64,000 nucleotides of DNA from Gammaproteobacteria bacterium (lineage in GTDB: Bacteria; Pseudomonadota; Gammaproteobacteria; Arenicellales; Poriferihabitantaceae): the NCBI GenBank assembly GCA_026709505.1, contig JAPOSW010000005.1, forward strand, positions 3,214 to 67,213, written 5' to 3'. Under the pieces are notes generated by a model, which worked only from the letters and a program-made list of their open reading frames with translations, was not told the origin of the DNA and ran no database searches. Shown here in pieces: positions 50,719 to 60,729 of the stretch. The translations under genes were made by a program, and so were the position numbers. Position 1 is the stretch's first letter. Each line of letters starts with the position of its first letter.

Positions 50719-52095
50719 CTATTCGCTTGCTTGATTCAAGCAAGGGAGCAATCTCTGTCCGGGAGTATCGGGGGAATCACAATCTGCTGTCGTACCCACA
50801 CCATGTACCCATACTATGCGACCACGATAGAAAATACACGGTATGATGCGACGCTCCCAAGGAGGAATACGATGGGACTGCTGGAGTTTTCGAATCATGG
50901 AGGATGTCGGACGTTTTGACAGCTTGATCATTCTGTGCCCGCAATGCCAGGCAAAATCCAATCGGGCCGCTGGAATAATCCAGCTTTGTGGTAATCCAGA
51001 ATCGCTCTTGACCAATCGCAAGGCAATCCCGATTTCCTGCAGCTTTGCAATCCCCTCGTCCCAGGAAACAATGCCCGATCCGGGGATATCGGTATCGAAC
51101 GATCTGGTCAGGTAGATTTTGCGATCAAAACACCGAATTTGCCCACCTTCCACTGGAAGTTCTGCATATCGTGTCGAACTGTTCTTCACTTGCCTCAAAA
51201 AACTTTTCATTTGCCTATCGGTAGGTGAGGGACGGCCTGACTGGTGTAGCCACAATCTCATCAATCCGAAAATAAGGCTCTCATCATCCAGATCAACTTT
51301 CGACAGATTGACTGGATCGGCAAGACACAGGACACTCCTTTTGCCGCATTCAACAATTTTCGACAATTGCCCCGTTAACGACCTCTCATAACTCTGGCTG
51401 ATCTGACGACAGAATTCCGAAGCCTCGATCAATCGCTCCCGTGTAACCCGTCCCCTTCCATAGAGGACGGGCAATAGACGGTTTCTGAGATAATTGCGAT
51501 CAGCATCATTCCGTGCATTTGAAGGGTCATCAATCCAGTCAAGACCCTTCTCAATTGCATATGCCTGGATCTGATTCTTGCTAAATCCGAGCAGCGGTCT
51601 CGCCAATTGAACGGGAGACCCATAAAGAATGGGTCTTTCAGGGCGAATTCCCGCCAGTTGCGCAACATCGCCTCCACGAAACATCCGATTCAGAAACGTT
51701 TCCGCTTGATCGTCGGCATGGTGGGCAGTGAGAACTACCCCCCCGGGTTCAGCCAAACGCGCTAGCCAGCAATAGCGAAGGTCACGACTTCTTGCTTCTA
51801 CATTTTTTTTCGATTTCAGTATATTGCCAGCACTGCTTGAGATAAATTCCACCTGAAATTGTTCAGCCCATTGGCGACAGGCTTCAATCCATTGCTTCGA
51901 GTTTTTTTCCAAACCATGATCATAGTGCGCCGCAACGAGCACCATCGCCTGATCATTGCCAGCGAGAATTGACATGCCATGGAGAAGAGCCTGTGAATCA
52001 CACCCTCCACTGTAGGCAACAATGATTTTCTGATCTTTCAGAATCCCCAAATCCGTGTACAGGATCCGCTCCAGAACTTCGGGAGAGAAATTCAA
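50719..52095 (-). CDS. tilS: tRNA(Ile)-lysidine synthase
   Basis: PP-loop motif VAYSGGCDSQAL; 458 aa; downstream of accA as in E. coli and Pseudomonas. Confidence 0.9.
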   Translation of the reverse strand: MNFSPEVLERILYTDLGILKDQKIIVAYSGGCDSQALLHGMSILAGNDQAMVLVAAHYDHGLEKNSKQWIEACRQWAEQFQVEFISSSAGNILKSKKNVEARSRDLRYCWLARLAEPGGVVLTAHHADDQAETFLNRMFRGGDVAQLAGIRPERPILYGSPVQLARPLLGFSKNQIQAYAIEKGLDWIDDPSNARNDADRNYLRNRLLPVLYGRGRVTRERLIEASEFCRQISQSYERSLTGQLSKIVECGKRSVLCLADPVNLSKVDLDDESLIFGLMRLWLHQSGRPSPTDRQMKSFLRQVKNSSTRYAELPVEGGQIRCFDRKIYLTRSFDTDIPGSGIVSWDEGIAKLQEIGIALRLVKSDSGLPQSWIIPAARLDFAWHCGHRMIKLSKRPTSSMIRKLQQSHRIPPWERRIIPCIFYRGRIVWVHGVGTTADCDSPDTPGQRLLPCLNQASE

Positions 52096-52106
52096 AATTC
52101 TGACAA

Positions 52107-53069
52107 CTAGTTTTTGGACTTGAGTGCCCCAAATTCCAACAGACGGTGGTACCGTCTTTCCAGCAGCTCATCAGCCGGAATAGCGCTCAGTGAATCCAGC
52201 ACCTGGACAAGCGAAGATTTGACGGAATCAGCGACAGCATCATAATCACGATGAGCGCCCCCCAGAGGCTCGCTCACAACTTCATCAACCAGATTGTGGT
52301 TCATTAAATCGCCAGTGGTCATTCCCATTGCTTCCGCCGCCTGACCTGCCCTGTCGGAGCTTTTCCATAAAATTGATGCGCAGCCTTCCGGAGATATTAC
52401 CGAATAGGTTGAATATTGAAGCATTATCAGTCGATCACAGACACCAATAGCCAGTGCACCTCCCGACCCGCCTTCTCCGATGACTATGGAAACAATCGGT
52501 GTTGAAATGCCAGTCATCAGCTGAATGCTACTGGCTATTGCATGGCTCTGGCCTCGTTCCTCCGCACCAACCCCCGGATAAGCACCTGGCGTATCAATAA
52601 AGGTGACTATCGGCAAGCTGAACCTTTCAGCCAGTTTCATGACTCGTTGAGCCTTGCGGTAGCCTTCGGGTTTCGGCATTCCAAAATTACGGTAGGTACG
52701 CTCTTTTGTATCCCTTCCTTTCTGATGGCCGATTACTGCAACGCGAAAGGGTCCAATGAATCCCAGGCCCGATACGATGGCCGGATCATCCGAGAACATT
52801 CGGTCTCCATGAACTTCCTGAAAATCATCAACAATTCTCTGAACATAGTCCAACGTATAAGGCCTTTGCGGGTGTCGGGCAATCTGTGTGATCTGCCATG
52901 CACCCAGTTTGGAGAAAACCTCGCGAGTCTGTTCGAAACTGCGATACCGTAAACGCTGTATCTCCTGTTCCAGGCTCAGATCGCCGTCTTTATTGATACG
53001 CTGTAATTCGGCGATTTTCTGCTCAAGCTCCTCTATTGGCTTTTCAAATTCTAAAAACGTCAGACTCAT
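52107..53069 (-). CDS. accA: Acetyl-CoA carboxylase carboxyltransferase alpha subunit
   Basis: [30 protein letters not shown] and [12 protein letters not shown] motifs. Confidence 0.95.
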   Translation of the reverse strand: MSLTFLEFEKPIEELEQKIAELQRINKDGDLSLEQEIQRLRYRSFEQTREVFSKLGAWQITQIARHPQRPYTLDYVQRIVDDFQEVHGDRMFSDDPAIVSGLGFIGPFRVAVIGHQKGRDTKERTYRNFGMPKPEGYRKAQRVMKLAERFSLPIVTFIDTPGAYPGVGAEERGQSHAIASSIQLMTGISTPIVSIVIGEGGSGGALAIGVCDRLIMLQYSTYSVISPEGCASILWKSSDRAGQAAEAMGMTTGDLMNHNLVDEVVSEPLGGAHRDYDAVADSVKSSLVQVLDSLSAIPADELLERRYHRLLEFGALKSKN

Positions 53070-53930
53070 TACAAACTCCTTTAGTTTCTGATCATGATTC
53101 TACAATACTCCTGATTCGATATATTTTACCGACCATCGAATCCAGATCACGCGCATAAAGCTTTCCGATTACCTACAAATGGTCAAGGCCAATCGTAATG
53201 CCAAAAACAGGTTCACTGAATCCCTCAACTGAGCAGCCGATTGATTCAAGTCTCGAGACAAAGCGAACTGCCTCATGAATGAGCGGTTCATCCCCCACGA
53301 TTGACGATGGGAGGGGTCCTTTCTCTCCCGAAAAACACGCTCGAAATCAAGCATGCAATTATCCGAATAAATGTCGCTAGTGTCATGCTTCGGAAATTCG
53401 TTTACAGTAAATCAAGGCCCCGCGATAGCCTGCATATTGCAGTTTCTTTGGGGGAGAATGCCATGCGCTGTGAATGCCAGGCCGTTTGCATGGAGAAAAA
53501 GTGCGGGCGGAATCTTGGGGTCATTGAAAACATGCTGCAAACGAATTAATGAATCAGCACACTAGCCCGCAGGCGTTGAAAATGAACCAGCAGCCCTTGA
53601 GATTGAAGATGCCTTCGGAGCCACTCTATTCCCATCACTCTAACTCGGTAGTTTACGGAAGCATTATTAGCGGGTTCTAATGAACCTCAAACCCAACACT
53701 GATGTATCCGAAAATGTATCTTTGGCAGGTCCAGTCAAGATATTGACCAGCCCACCATTATATGATCCTCTTTTACATGATTGTTGATTGAGACACAAAT
53801 GGTTCTTGCAATGGTGATTCCGAGACTTTTTTCGGTGTACTTGTTCAAAAAATCGATTCAATCACTCTCAGGTTTCAAACTGCGTTCGGAGAAAAAGTCC
53901 TTGTCTTGACAGAAAACAGCATTCGGACAC

Positions 53931-54437
53931 ATGACAACAAAAGCAAAATTCACAAAAAATCAACCCTCATATCGGGCTACTTATCAAGATGTTCTTGATG
54001 CCCATCCTCAAAAGACAGCACAGACTATTGATGGAATTCTTCACATGAATCCGCTGCTGCTCAATGCTTAGCACTCGAATTGGCTCTCCATATCACTATG
54101 GAAATGACGGGCAGGCGGGGAGTGGATTATTGACGAACCGAAATTGCATCTGAGCGAGGATATCCTGGTACCAGATCTTGCTGGGCTGGCACCTTGAGGG
54201 ATGCCACAATATCCAGATGCGGCATATTTTACCCTAGTGCCTGATTGGATATGCAAAACCCTCTCTCCTTCAGCAAGAGTCCTGGATCAGGGGGTAAAAC
54301 GAACGATCTATGCAAGAGAAGGATTGGCGCATATATGGTTTGTCGCCCCTGATGCACATACCCTCAAGACCCCTGAATTGAGGGATGGTCAGTGGCTATT
54401 CCTGGAAATACTAACGGACAACGCCCAGTCTTCCTGA
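53931..54437 (+). pseudogene. Uma2-family (DUF820) endonuclease pseudogene with in-frame stops
   Basis: Translation from the ATG at 53931 gives MTTKAKFTKNQPSYRATYQDVLDAHPQKTAQTIDGILHMNPLLLNA*...GEWIIDEPKLHLSEDILVPDLAGLAP*GMPQYPDAAYFTLVPDWICKTLSPSARVLDQGVKRTIYAREGLAHIWFVAPDAHTLKT. This follows the Uma2 pattern (PDlag...PdwvcEvlSPst..D...K...Ya..Gv..yW.vdp) but has at least three stops, and the core Glu reads Lys (CKTLSPS). Confidence 0.7.
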
Positions 54438-54617
54438 CACCATCCGATCAGAACGGTTTCAGCCTGAGTGATCAATGGCCAAATTGAGTCGAGAATAACA
54501 ATGGATAATAGGAATTTGAAAAAACGCTGTAAAATGCAGACCATTATTCTGCACCAAATAAAACCCCCTTGACGAGCCAGCCTACCCGCTTGCAAAAAAC
54601 CTACAGGAGAAATTGTT

Positions 54618-55085
54618 ATGACCATCGAAGTTGGAAAACCCGCCCCTGATTTCGTGCTGAATGACCAGCATGACAAGCCCCGATCTCTCAAGGAATTTCG
54701 CGGCAAGGACGTGATCATCTACTTTTATCCCAAGGACAACACGCCCGGATGCACAAAACAAGCATGCAATTTCAGAAATATCTGGAAAGATATTCTCGCA
54801 ACCGGTGCTGTCGTGCTCGGAGTTTCACCCGACAACCCAAAATCACACACCAAGTTCATCAGTAAACATGAACTGCCATTTGACCTTTTGTGCGATCCCG
54901 ACATGTCAATGATGACCGAATACGATGCCTACAGGGAAAAAATGCTCTATGGGATCAAAAGACTCGGGGTAATTCGTTCAACCATATGGATTGGCCCCGA
55001 CGGCAATGTTGTCAAGCACTGGAAAAAAGTCGGTGCCATGTCAGACCACCCAGACCGTGTTCTCAAGGCCCTTGCCGACAAATAG
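54618..55085 (+). CDS. bcp: Thioredoxin-dependent thiol peroxidase (Bcp / PrxQ)
   Basis: VIIYFYPKDNTPGCTKQACNFR contains the peroxidatic Cys motif; 155 aa. Confidence 0.9.
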   Translation: MTIEVGKPAPDFVLNDQHDKPRSLKEFRGKDVIIYFYPKDNTPGCTKQACNFRNIWKDILATGAVVLGVSPDNPKSHTKFISKHELPFDLLCDPDMSMMTEYDAYREKMLYGIKRLGVIRSTIWIGPDGNVVKHWKKVGAMSDHPDRVLKALADK

Positions 55086-55090
55086 TTCGC

Positions 55091-55600
55091 TTACCTGTCC
55101 TGTTTGACAATTGCGAGCATCCGCACAAGCGCATGATGGATGGACTGGATTCGGATTGACTTGCGGTCCCCGGCAAACAGCATTCGCTCGACACTGACTG
55201 CAGAATCCGGGGCTGCCCAGCCGAAACAGACCGTGCCCACAGGCTTGTCACTGGAACCTCCGCCCGGACCTGCAATGCCTGTAATGGCAATGCTGTAATC
55301 GGCGAGTGCGGCCTTTTGCGCTCCTTGGCTCATGGCCGCAGCGACCTCAAGGCTGACTGCACCATGAGCGATAAACAGTTCCTCTGGGATGCCGACCAGG
55401 TCGGTTTTCGCCTGATTGGTGTAGGTGACAAACGAGCAGTGAAACCACTCGGAACTGCCCGGAACCATGGTCAGGGCAAAAGCAACTCCACCCGCAGTGC
55501 ATGATTCCACGGCTGTGATGGTCTGCCCTTTTGCAACCAGAGAGTCACCGATTCCTGAACTCAGTTCAAACAGTGAATCCAGTTCAGAATCGCTGAGCAT
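55091..55600 (-). CDS. pncC: Nicotinamide-nucleotide amidohydrolase (CinA C-terminal domain type)
   Basis: TAVESCTAGGVAFALTMVPGSSEWF and ITGIAGPGGGSSDKPVGTV motifs. I chose the ATG at 55600. The longer track ORF would overlap the upstream M16 gene. Confidence 0.85.
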   Translation of the reverse strand: MLSDSELDSLFELSSGIGDSLVAKGQTITAVESCTAGGVAFALTMVPGSSEWFHCSFVTYTNQAKTDLVGIPEELFIAHGAVSLEVAAAMSQGAQKAALADYSIAITGIAGPGGGSSDKPVGTVCFGWAAPDSAVSVERMLFAGDRKSIRIQSIHHALVRMLAIVKQDR

Positions 55601-55622
55601 GCGGATCAGTTTTTCGCCCCGT

Positions 55623-58442
55623 CTACTGCAGCTTCCGGTTGAGGGATGATGCAGAATCGATGGGGACGAAATCACCCGATACCGATCCCTGCATTTCATA
55701 TCCCATGGACTGAACAATTAAACGGGCAGAATTATTCAACACCCGGGTTTCATAAAACACTTGTATCTCGTCAAGAGTCAGTTCAGTGATCCTGCTGGCC
55801 AGTTTCTCCCGGGTATCAAAGTCAAATTCTTTCAGATCGATTTCCTGCCACAACCTCGAAGTCCGGTCGGATAATTTCAGTGGCTTTCTCAGAATTCGAG
55901 TGATCAGACCGACCTTGATTTTTTCGAATTCGTCCATCGACATATTCTCGAGATAGCTTCTGGCGTTTGCCAGAAATTCATCATACAGGCCGAGCATCTC
56001 CCCAGGCGGGTATGTGGAACTTTGAGAAGCAAGAAACAGGCCGGGAGTCCGCTCAATATTCAATGATCCCGAAAACACGAGATACCCAACCTCGTTGACA
56101 GTGCGGATCTGGTTATAGAACCGGGGTCTTAGAATTCGGGCAAGCAGGGCCATCTTTGAGCGTTCATCCAGTGAACTGCTGAAGCCCTGAAAGTACACGG
56201 ACAGCGAAGCATCAGAATGATCAATATCAACAGAGCGAAGCCACGGCCTGTTCCGGTCAAGCGCCCTTAATTCAAGTCTTGGGGTATTCGCCTTGGGCTG
56301 ATGCCTTGATATCAATTCGGACACCATCTGAGCATTCTGCAAACTGGACTCAGAACTCACGTCACCATGAGAAAGCATTACCACCTGCATATCCCGATAA
56401 AAACGCTTCAGAAAATCCTGCATGGATTCCCTGTCGGCCTTCTCAAGCGCGGCCAGACGTTCATTTTCTGTCCAGTACGGAACCATCAGAATCCGGTAAA
56501 GCTCATGAATGGACTGATTGGCAGGAGTATCGCGAAATATATTCTTCAGTCCACGCTCAACACTCTGGCTAACAATTTCAAAGTTCTGCTGTCCTAAATC
56601 AGGATTCATCAATGCATCCAGAATTACTTTCAGCAAATCAGCCTGAGGACTTTCATAGCCGGAAATCTTTAATGTTACCCCTCGATAATGTGAAAACAAT
56701 TCATAGCCAATGCCGGCAAGATACGCATCGTAAACAATATCGCTGAGTTGATCGATAACAAGCTGTACATATAACTCGGTCATGATCCTGTCGCCAGGAC
56801 CCTGATTGGATACCGGGGACATGAAGGTGACATACAGGTTTGCCCTGGGACCTCCAAATTCAGCATCGTATTGATGCCACAGATCAATGCCATGCTGATT
56901 GTCCAGTCTGACCGGCATTGTGGAAGCCTCTTGATCATCGAGCAGCTCCAGTCGTGCCGGAATGAATCGATTTGGGCCGGGCATTGCCAGCAACGGATCA
57001 CGCCCCACATCTGACCAGCGCTGAATCAGCGTATTGTCAATAGAATAAAGCCGATGCTGGACGTCGTAATATTCACTCGCCTGATCTGTCTCGAGATCGG
57101 GTGCAACAACTCGCATATTCACATTCTGTGGGTTCAGATAGTCCAGTAATTCCCGAATTCGTTCTGGATCGTACTGTTCCATGAGATAGGGCCCGCTCAG
57201 GACATCTTCATGCGGATAACGCTGCAGTCTTGACGACAGGGACTGTGCCAGCCTTCCCTGATCTATTTCCTGGGCATACCTGAAAGCTATTTGCCCCAGT
57301 TTTGCCTGCTCATCAAAGCGCCACTCTTCGATTCCCCCTTCCCGTATCAGATTGATTGTCCTGAACAGGAATTCGCCAATGCTCGCGATTTCATCCAGCC
57401 CTTCTTGAGTGAGACCCATCGATACAGAAAAGCTGCCCTGAACCCGGTCCATGAACTCAGGACCGGCTTTCAATGACTCAACCCACCCCTTCTGTTTGAG
57501 CACGTCAAACAAGGATCCCGGCCCCTCGTGACCCAGCAAATGCGAAAGATAGCCAAGAGGGCTGGATTGATACTCTGTATAGGTGGATGGAACCGGGAAC
57601 GAGAAACTCAGACTGTAAACCTCTTTCTCCGGTATCGCATCTATCCTTGCGGGCATTAAACCCCGATTGAAGTACGGCTGCTCATGGCGCGGCTGTTCCA
57701 CCCCATTATTATTAATGTCCGAGAACTTGGCAATCACCAGCTCCTCCAGCTTATCCAGAGAGTCCCTGCCAACCACGGCGAGAGCCATCAAATTCGCCGA
57801 ATAGTATTTCTCATAGAACATGAGCATCCTTTCTCTGGCAGACAGCGTTTCCCGATCCCTCAATGTTTCCAGCGTACCCACGGTAAACCTGGAGGAGGGA
57901 TGCGCTGGATTCAGCCACTTCTTTTGCACGTCCCACAGACGCCGGAATTCATCTTTCTTCAGGGACAGGTACTCCGACTGGATGATTGAGCGTTCGCTAT
58001 CGACCAGATCAGGATTGAACAATGGCTCAAGAAAAAACCGGGAAAACCGATCCAGGGCAGGCTCGAGATGCTCGGCTCCGACACTGAAGTAGTAGTTGGT
58101 GTGCGCATAGGAGGTATAGGCATTGGTGGTGCCACCATGCGTATTGATATAGGCTTGATATTCACCGGATTCCGGATACTTGCGAGTGCCGAGAAACAGC
58201 ATGTGCTCCAGAAAATGAGCCAATCCCGGCCAGCCATCAGGATCCGACCCGGAACCGACATTGACATCCAGGGAAACGCCAGCCTTGTCTGCTGATGGGT
58301 CGCTGACCAGCAATACCTTCATGGCATTGTCCAGGACCAGGTAACGGTATTCCTTGTCGTCTTGTGGACTCTTGGAAATATCCGCCCAGGCAATTGAAGA
58401 CAGGGATAGCGCCAAAATGATATGGCCGAACTTACGCTTCAT
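55623..58442 (-). CDS. M16 family zinc metallopeptidase (pitrilysin/insulinase-like), secreted
   Basis: The inverted zinc motif is HFLEHMLFLGTRKYP (HxxEH). The signal peptide MKRKFGHIILALSLSSIAWA starts at the ATG at 58442. The track ORF up to 58640 reads through two tRNA genes and is rejected. Confidence 0.9.
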   Translation of the reverse strand: MKRKFGHIILALSLSSIAWADISKSPQDDKEYRYLVLDNAMKVLLVSDPSADKAGVSLDVNVGSGSDPDGWPGLAHFLEHMLFLGTRKYPESGEYQAYINTHGGTTNAYTSYAHTNYYFSVGAEHLEPALDRFSRFFLEPLFNPDLVDSERSIIQSEYLSLKKDEFRRLWDVQKKWLNPAHPSSRFTVGTLETLRDRETLSARERMLMFYEKYYSANLMALAVVGRDSLDKLEELVIAKFSDINNNGVEQPRHEQPYFNRGLMPARIDAIPEKEVYSLSFSFPVPSTYTEYQSSPLGYLSHLLGHEGPGSLFDVLKQKGWVESLKAGPEFMDRVQGSFSVSMGLTQEGLDEIASIGEFLFRTINLIREGGIEEWRFDEQAKLGQIAFRYAQEIDQGRLAQSLSSRLQRYPHEDVLSGPYLMEQYDPERIRELLDYLNPQNVNMRVVAPDLETDQASEYYDVQHRLYSIDNTLIQRWSDVGRDPLLAMPGPNRFIPARLELLDDQEASTMPVRLDNQHGIDLWHQYDAEFGGPRANLYVTFMSPVSNQGPGDRIMTELYVQLVIDQLSDIVYDAYLAGIGYELFSHYRGVTLKISGYESPQADLLKVILDALMNPDLGQQNFEIVSQSVERGLKNIFRDTPANQSIHELYRILMVPYWTENERLAALEKADRESMQDFLKRFYRDMQVVMLSHGDVSSESSLQNAQMVSELISRHQPKANTPRLELRALDRNRPWLRSVDIDHSDASLSVYFQGFSSSLDERSKMALLARILRPRFYNQIRTVNEVGYLVFSGSLNIERTPGLFLASQSSTYPPGEMLGLYDEFLANARSYLENMSMDEFEKIKVGLITRILRKPLKLSDRTSRLWQEIDLKEFDFDTREKLASRITELTLDEIQVFYETRVLNNSARLIVQSMGYEMQGSVSGDFVPIDSASSLNRKLQ

Positions 58443-58487
58443 GGAGGATATGGTTATCCGGATAATGCAAACCGTTGCCAGTGAATG

Positions 58488-58564
58488 TGGCGTCCCCAAG
58501 GGGATTCGAACCCCTGTTGCCGCCGTGAAAGGGCGATGTCCTAGGCCAACTAGACGATGGGGAC
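58488..58564 (-). tRNA. tRNA-Glu (anticodon UUC)
   Basis: The reverse complement reads GTCCCCATCGTCTAGTTGGCCTAGGACATCGCCCTTTCACGGCGGCAACAGGGGTTCGAATCCCCTTGGGGACGCCA. It has a 7-bp acceptor stem, anticodon loop CTTTCAC, a T-loop GGTTCGAATCC and an encoded CCA. It is near-identical in architecture to E. coli tRNA-Glu. Confidence 0.95.
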
Positions 58565-58601
58565 CGTCCAAAACCCGTGTCACATTCAATTCGGGTTTTA
58601 C

Positions 58602-58677
58602 TGGTGGAGCCAGGCGGGATCGAACCGCCGACCTCAACACTGCCAGTGTTGCGCTCTCCCAGCTGAGCTATGGCCCC
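58602..58677 (-). tRNA. tRNA-Ala (anticodon GGC)
   Basis: The reverse complement reads GGGGCCATAGCTCAGCTGGGAGAGCGCAACACTGGCAGTGTTGAGGTCGGCGGTTCGATCCCGCCTGGCTCCACCA. The G3:U70 identity pair is present, the anticodon loop is CTGGCAG, and CCA is encoded. Confidence 0.95.
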
Positions 58678-58733
58678 AAGGATTGGGTATTCTATTCATG
58701 ACATTGCAACTAATCAAGAAAAAAATCACATGA

Positions 58734-60158
58734 TCAGCCATCATGAGGGAGATATTTTCCCTGTTCAAGATAGTCGATGAATAACCGGGTACGCTTTATC
58801 GTCTCCGTTGACCCCAGCAGAGCCAGCGTTGCATCAATCGAAGGGGTCTGATCGGATCCTGAAATTGCAATTCTCAACGGCTGGGCCAGGCGAGGAAACT
58901 TCATTCCTTCTGCTTTCACATATGCTTTCAAGACATTGCCGACGGATTCCTGAGTCCAGGGTTCTAGACGTGAAAAGACCTTGTTAATTCCCTCAAGCAG
59001 TGCGGAAGTCATTTTATCACAATGCCTGGCTATAGCCGCTGCATTGTATTGATCTATCGGCCTGTAAAAATACTCGGACTGATCAGCAATCTCGACAAGA
59101 GTCGATGCACGTTCTTTAACCAGCTTCATGACAGACCGAAGATAAGGACCACTCTCAATATCGATATGCCGTAACGTCATGATTTTTCTTACTTCCGGCA
59201 TTAGGGCATCGATTGACGACTGAACAATATAATGTCGGTTGATCCACAGCAGTTTTTCCATATCGAAGCCGGCTGAAGACTTATTGACCTGCCGCAAGTC
59301 AAAATACCGGATCATCTCTTCTCTCGAGAAAATCTCCTGATCGCCATGGGACCACCCCAGGCGAACCAGGTAATTGATCAATGCCTCAGGCAAAATGCCA
59401 CGGTCTCGGTAGTCAAGAACACTCACATCCCCATTGCGTTTGGACAGGCGCTTGCGGTCAGAACCAAGAATTAGAGGCACATGGGCAAATTCCGGCAGCT
59501 CATGGCCCAAGGCCCTGAAAATATTGATCTGGCGAAACGTGTTGTTGATGTGGTCCTCACCCCGAATCACGTGCGAAATATTCATGTCCATATCATCAAC
59601 CACAACGGCGAGGTTATAGGTTGGCATGCCATCGCTGCGCTCCAGAACCAGATCATCCAGTTCTTCGTTTTGAACCGACACTGGTCCCCGTATTCGATCG
59701 TTAAACGTGACTGACCCCGAAAGCGGATTCTTGAACCGGACGACATAATTCCGGCCTGTCCTGCTCTCCAAGCCCAACTCTCGACAGTGTCCGTCATATC
59801 GTGGCTTGATGCCATTCTGCCTCTGATGGTTTCGAAGTTCTTCCAGTCTATCGGGAGTACAGGAGCAATAATAGGCATCGCCCTGCTCAAGCAGTTGCTG
59901 TACAACTTCCTTATAGCGATCAAGCCGTTGAGTCTGGTAATGCGGCCCCTCATCCCAGTCCAGTCCGAGCCACTCCATTGCCGAGACAATTGCATTGATC
60001 GCTTCATCGGTTGAACGCTGCCGGTCGGTATCTTCAATGCGAAGAACCAGTTTGCCGCCGGAATTGCGGGCGAACAGCCAGTTGAACAAGGCAGTTCGCG
60101 CCCCGCCAAGATGCAGGTATCCCGTCGGACTCGGGGGAAATCTCGTTACAACTTGCAT
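58734..60158 (-). CDS. gltX: Glutamate-tRNA ligase
   Basis: The sequence begins MQVVTRFPPSPTGYLHLGGARTALFNW (HIGH-type motif) and carries RLSKRNG (KMSKS-type motif). I chose the ATG at 60158. The track ORF up to 60344 reads through tRNA-Pro. Confidence 0.95.
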   Translation of the reverse strand: MQVVTRFPPSPTGYLHLGGARTALFNWLFARNSGGKLVLRIEDTDRQRSTDEAINAIVSAMEWLGLDWDEGPHYQTQRLDRYKEVVQQLLEQGDAYYCSCTPDRLEELRNHQRQNGIKPRYDGHCRELGLESRTGRNYVVRFKNPLSGSVTFNDRIRGPVSVQNEELDDLVLERSDGMPTYNLAVVVDDMDMNISHVIRGEDHINNTFRQINIFRALGHELPEFAHVPLILGSDRKRLSKRNGDVSVLDYRDRGILPEALINYLVRLGWSHGDQEIFSREEMIRYFDLRQVNKSSAGFDMEKLLWINRHYIVQSSIDALMPEVRKIMTLRHIDIESGPYLRSVMKLVKERASTLVEIADQSEYFYRPIDQYNAAAIARHCDKMTSALLEGINKVFSRLEPWTQESVGNVLKAYVKAEGMKFPRLAQPLRIAISGSDQTPSIDATLALLGSTETIKRTRLFIDYLEQGKYLPHDG

Positions 60159-60207
60159 GGGAAGCAGGGATTTCTGATTGATGCAGAGATTGTCGATTCT
60201 GGAAAAC

Positions 60208-60284
60208 TGGTCGGGGTGAGAGGATTTGAACCTCCGACCACCGCAACCCCATTGCGGTGCGCTACCAGGCTGCGCTACACCCCG
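60208..60284 (-). tRNA. tRNA-Pro (anticodon GGG)
   Basis: The reverse complement reads CGGGGTGTAGCGCAGCCTGGTAGCGCACCGCAATGGGGTTGCGGTGGTCGGAGGTTCAAATCCTCTCACCCCGACCA. The cloverleaf is consistent, the anticodon loop is ATGGGGT, and CCA is encoded. It is similar to E. coli proL. Confidence 0.9.
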
Positions 60285-60336
60285 AAATTGAATGCTTCGA
60301 TTATTCGAATAACAAGGACTTGATGAAAAAAACCAG

Positions 60337-60723
60337 TTATTCAATAAGATTCCTGATTTCTTTCAATTCAGATATCAACCAGGAAAGTGGCTCTTCATCA
60401 CCGTTTGCTTCTATTCGACCATCGCTCGGCTTGGTTTTTGTCTTCGGGTCCATTGCTTCATTCAAGTCCAGCTGGGTACGGGCACCATTGATCGTGTAGC
60501 CCTCTACATGCAGAAGATGCCGTATCTGGCGAATAAGCTTGACTTCATGGAGCTGGTAGTAGCGGCGATTTCCTCTTCGCTTGACCGGCTTGAGATGAGG
60601 GAATTCCTGCTCCCAATAACGCAATACATGTGGCTTTACTTCACATAGTCTGCTGACCTCTCCGATCGCGAAATAGCGTTTCGCAGGGATCGGTGGGAGA
60701 TCGAAGCCTTTTGCGTCTAGCAT
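60337..60723 (-). CDS. MerR family transcriptional regulator (ihfA-linked type)
   Basis: The MerR HTH is YFAIGEVSRLCEVKPHVLRYWEQEFPHLKPVKRRGNRRYY. It lies downstream of ihfA, as in Pseudomonas. Confidence 0.85.
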   Translation of the reverse strand: MLDAKGFDLPPIPAKRYFAIGEVSRLCEVKPHVLRYWEQEFPHLKPVKRRGNRRYYQLHEVKLIRQIRHLLHVEGYTINGARTQLDLNEAMDPKTKTKPSDGRIEANGDEEPLSWLISELKEIRNLIE

Positions 60724-60729
60724 GGAAAG

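Noticed and set aside
58443-58640. N-terminal 66-codon extension of the M16 peptidase ORF
   Set aside because: The extension reads through tRNA-Glu and tRNA-Ala. A proper signal peptide begins at the ATG at 58442.
60159-60344. N-terminal 62-codon extension of the gltX ORF
   Set aside because: It reads through tRNA-Pro. The canonical GltX N-terminus (MQVVTRFPPSPTGYLHLGG) begins at 60158.
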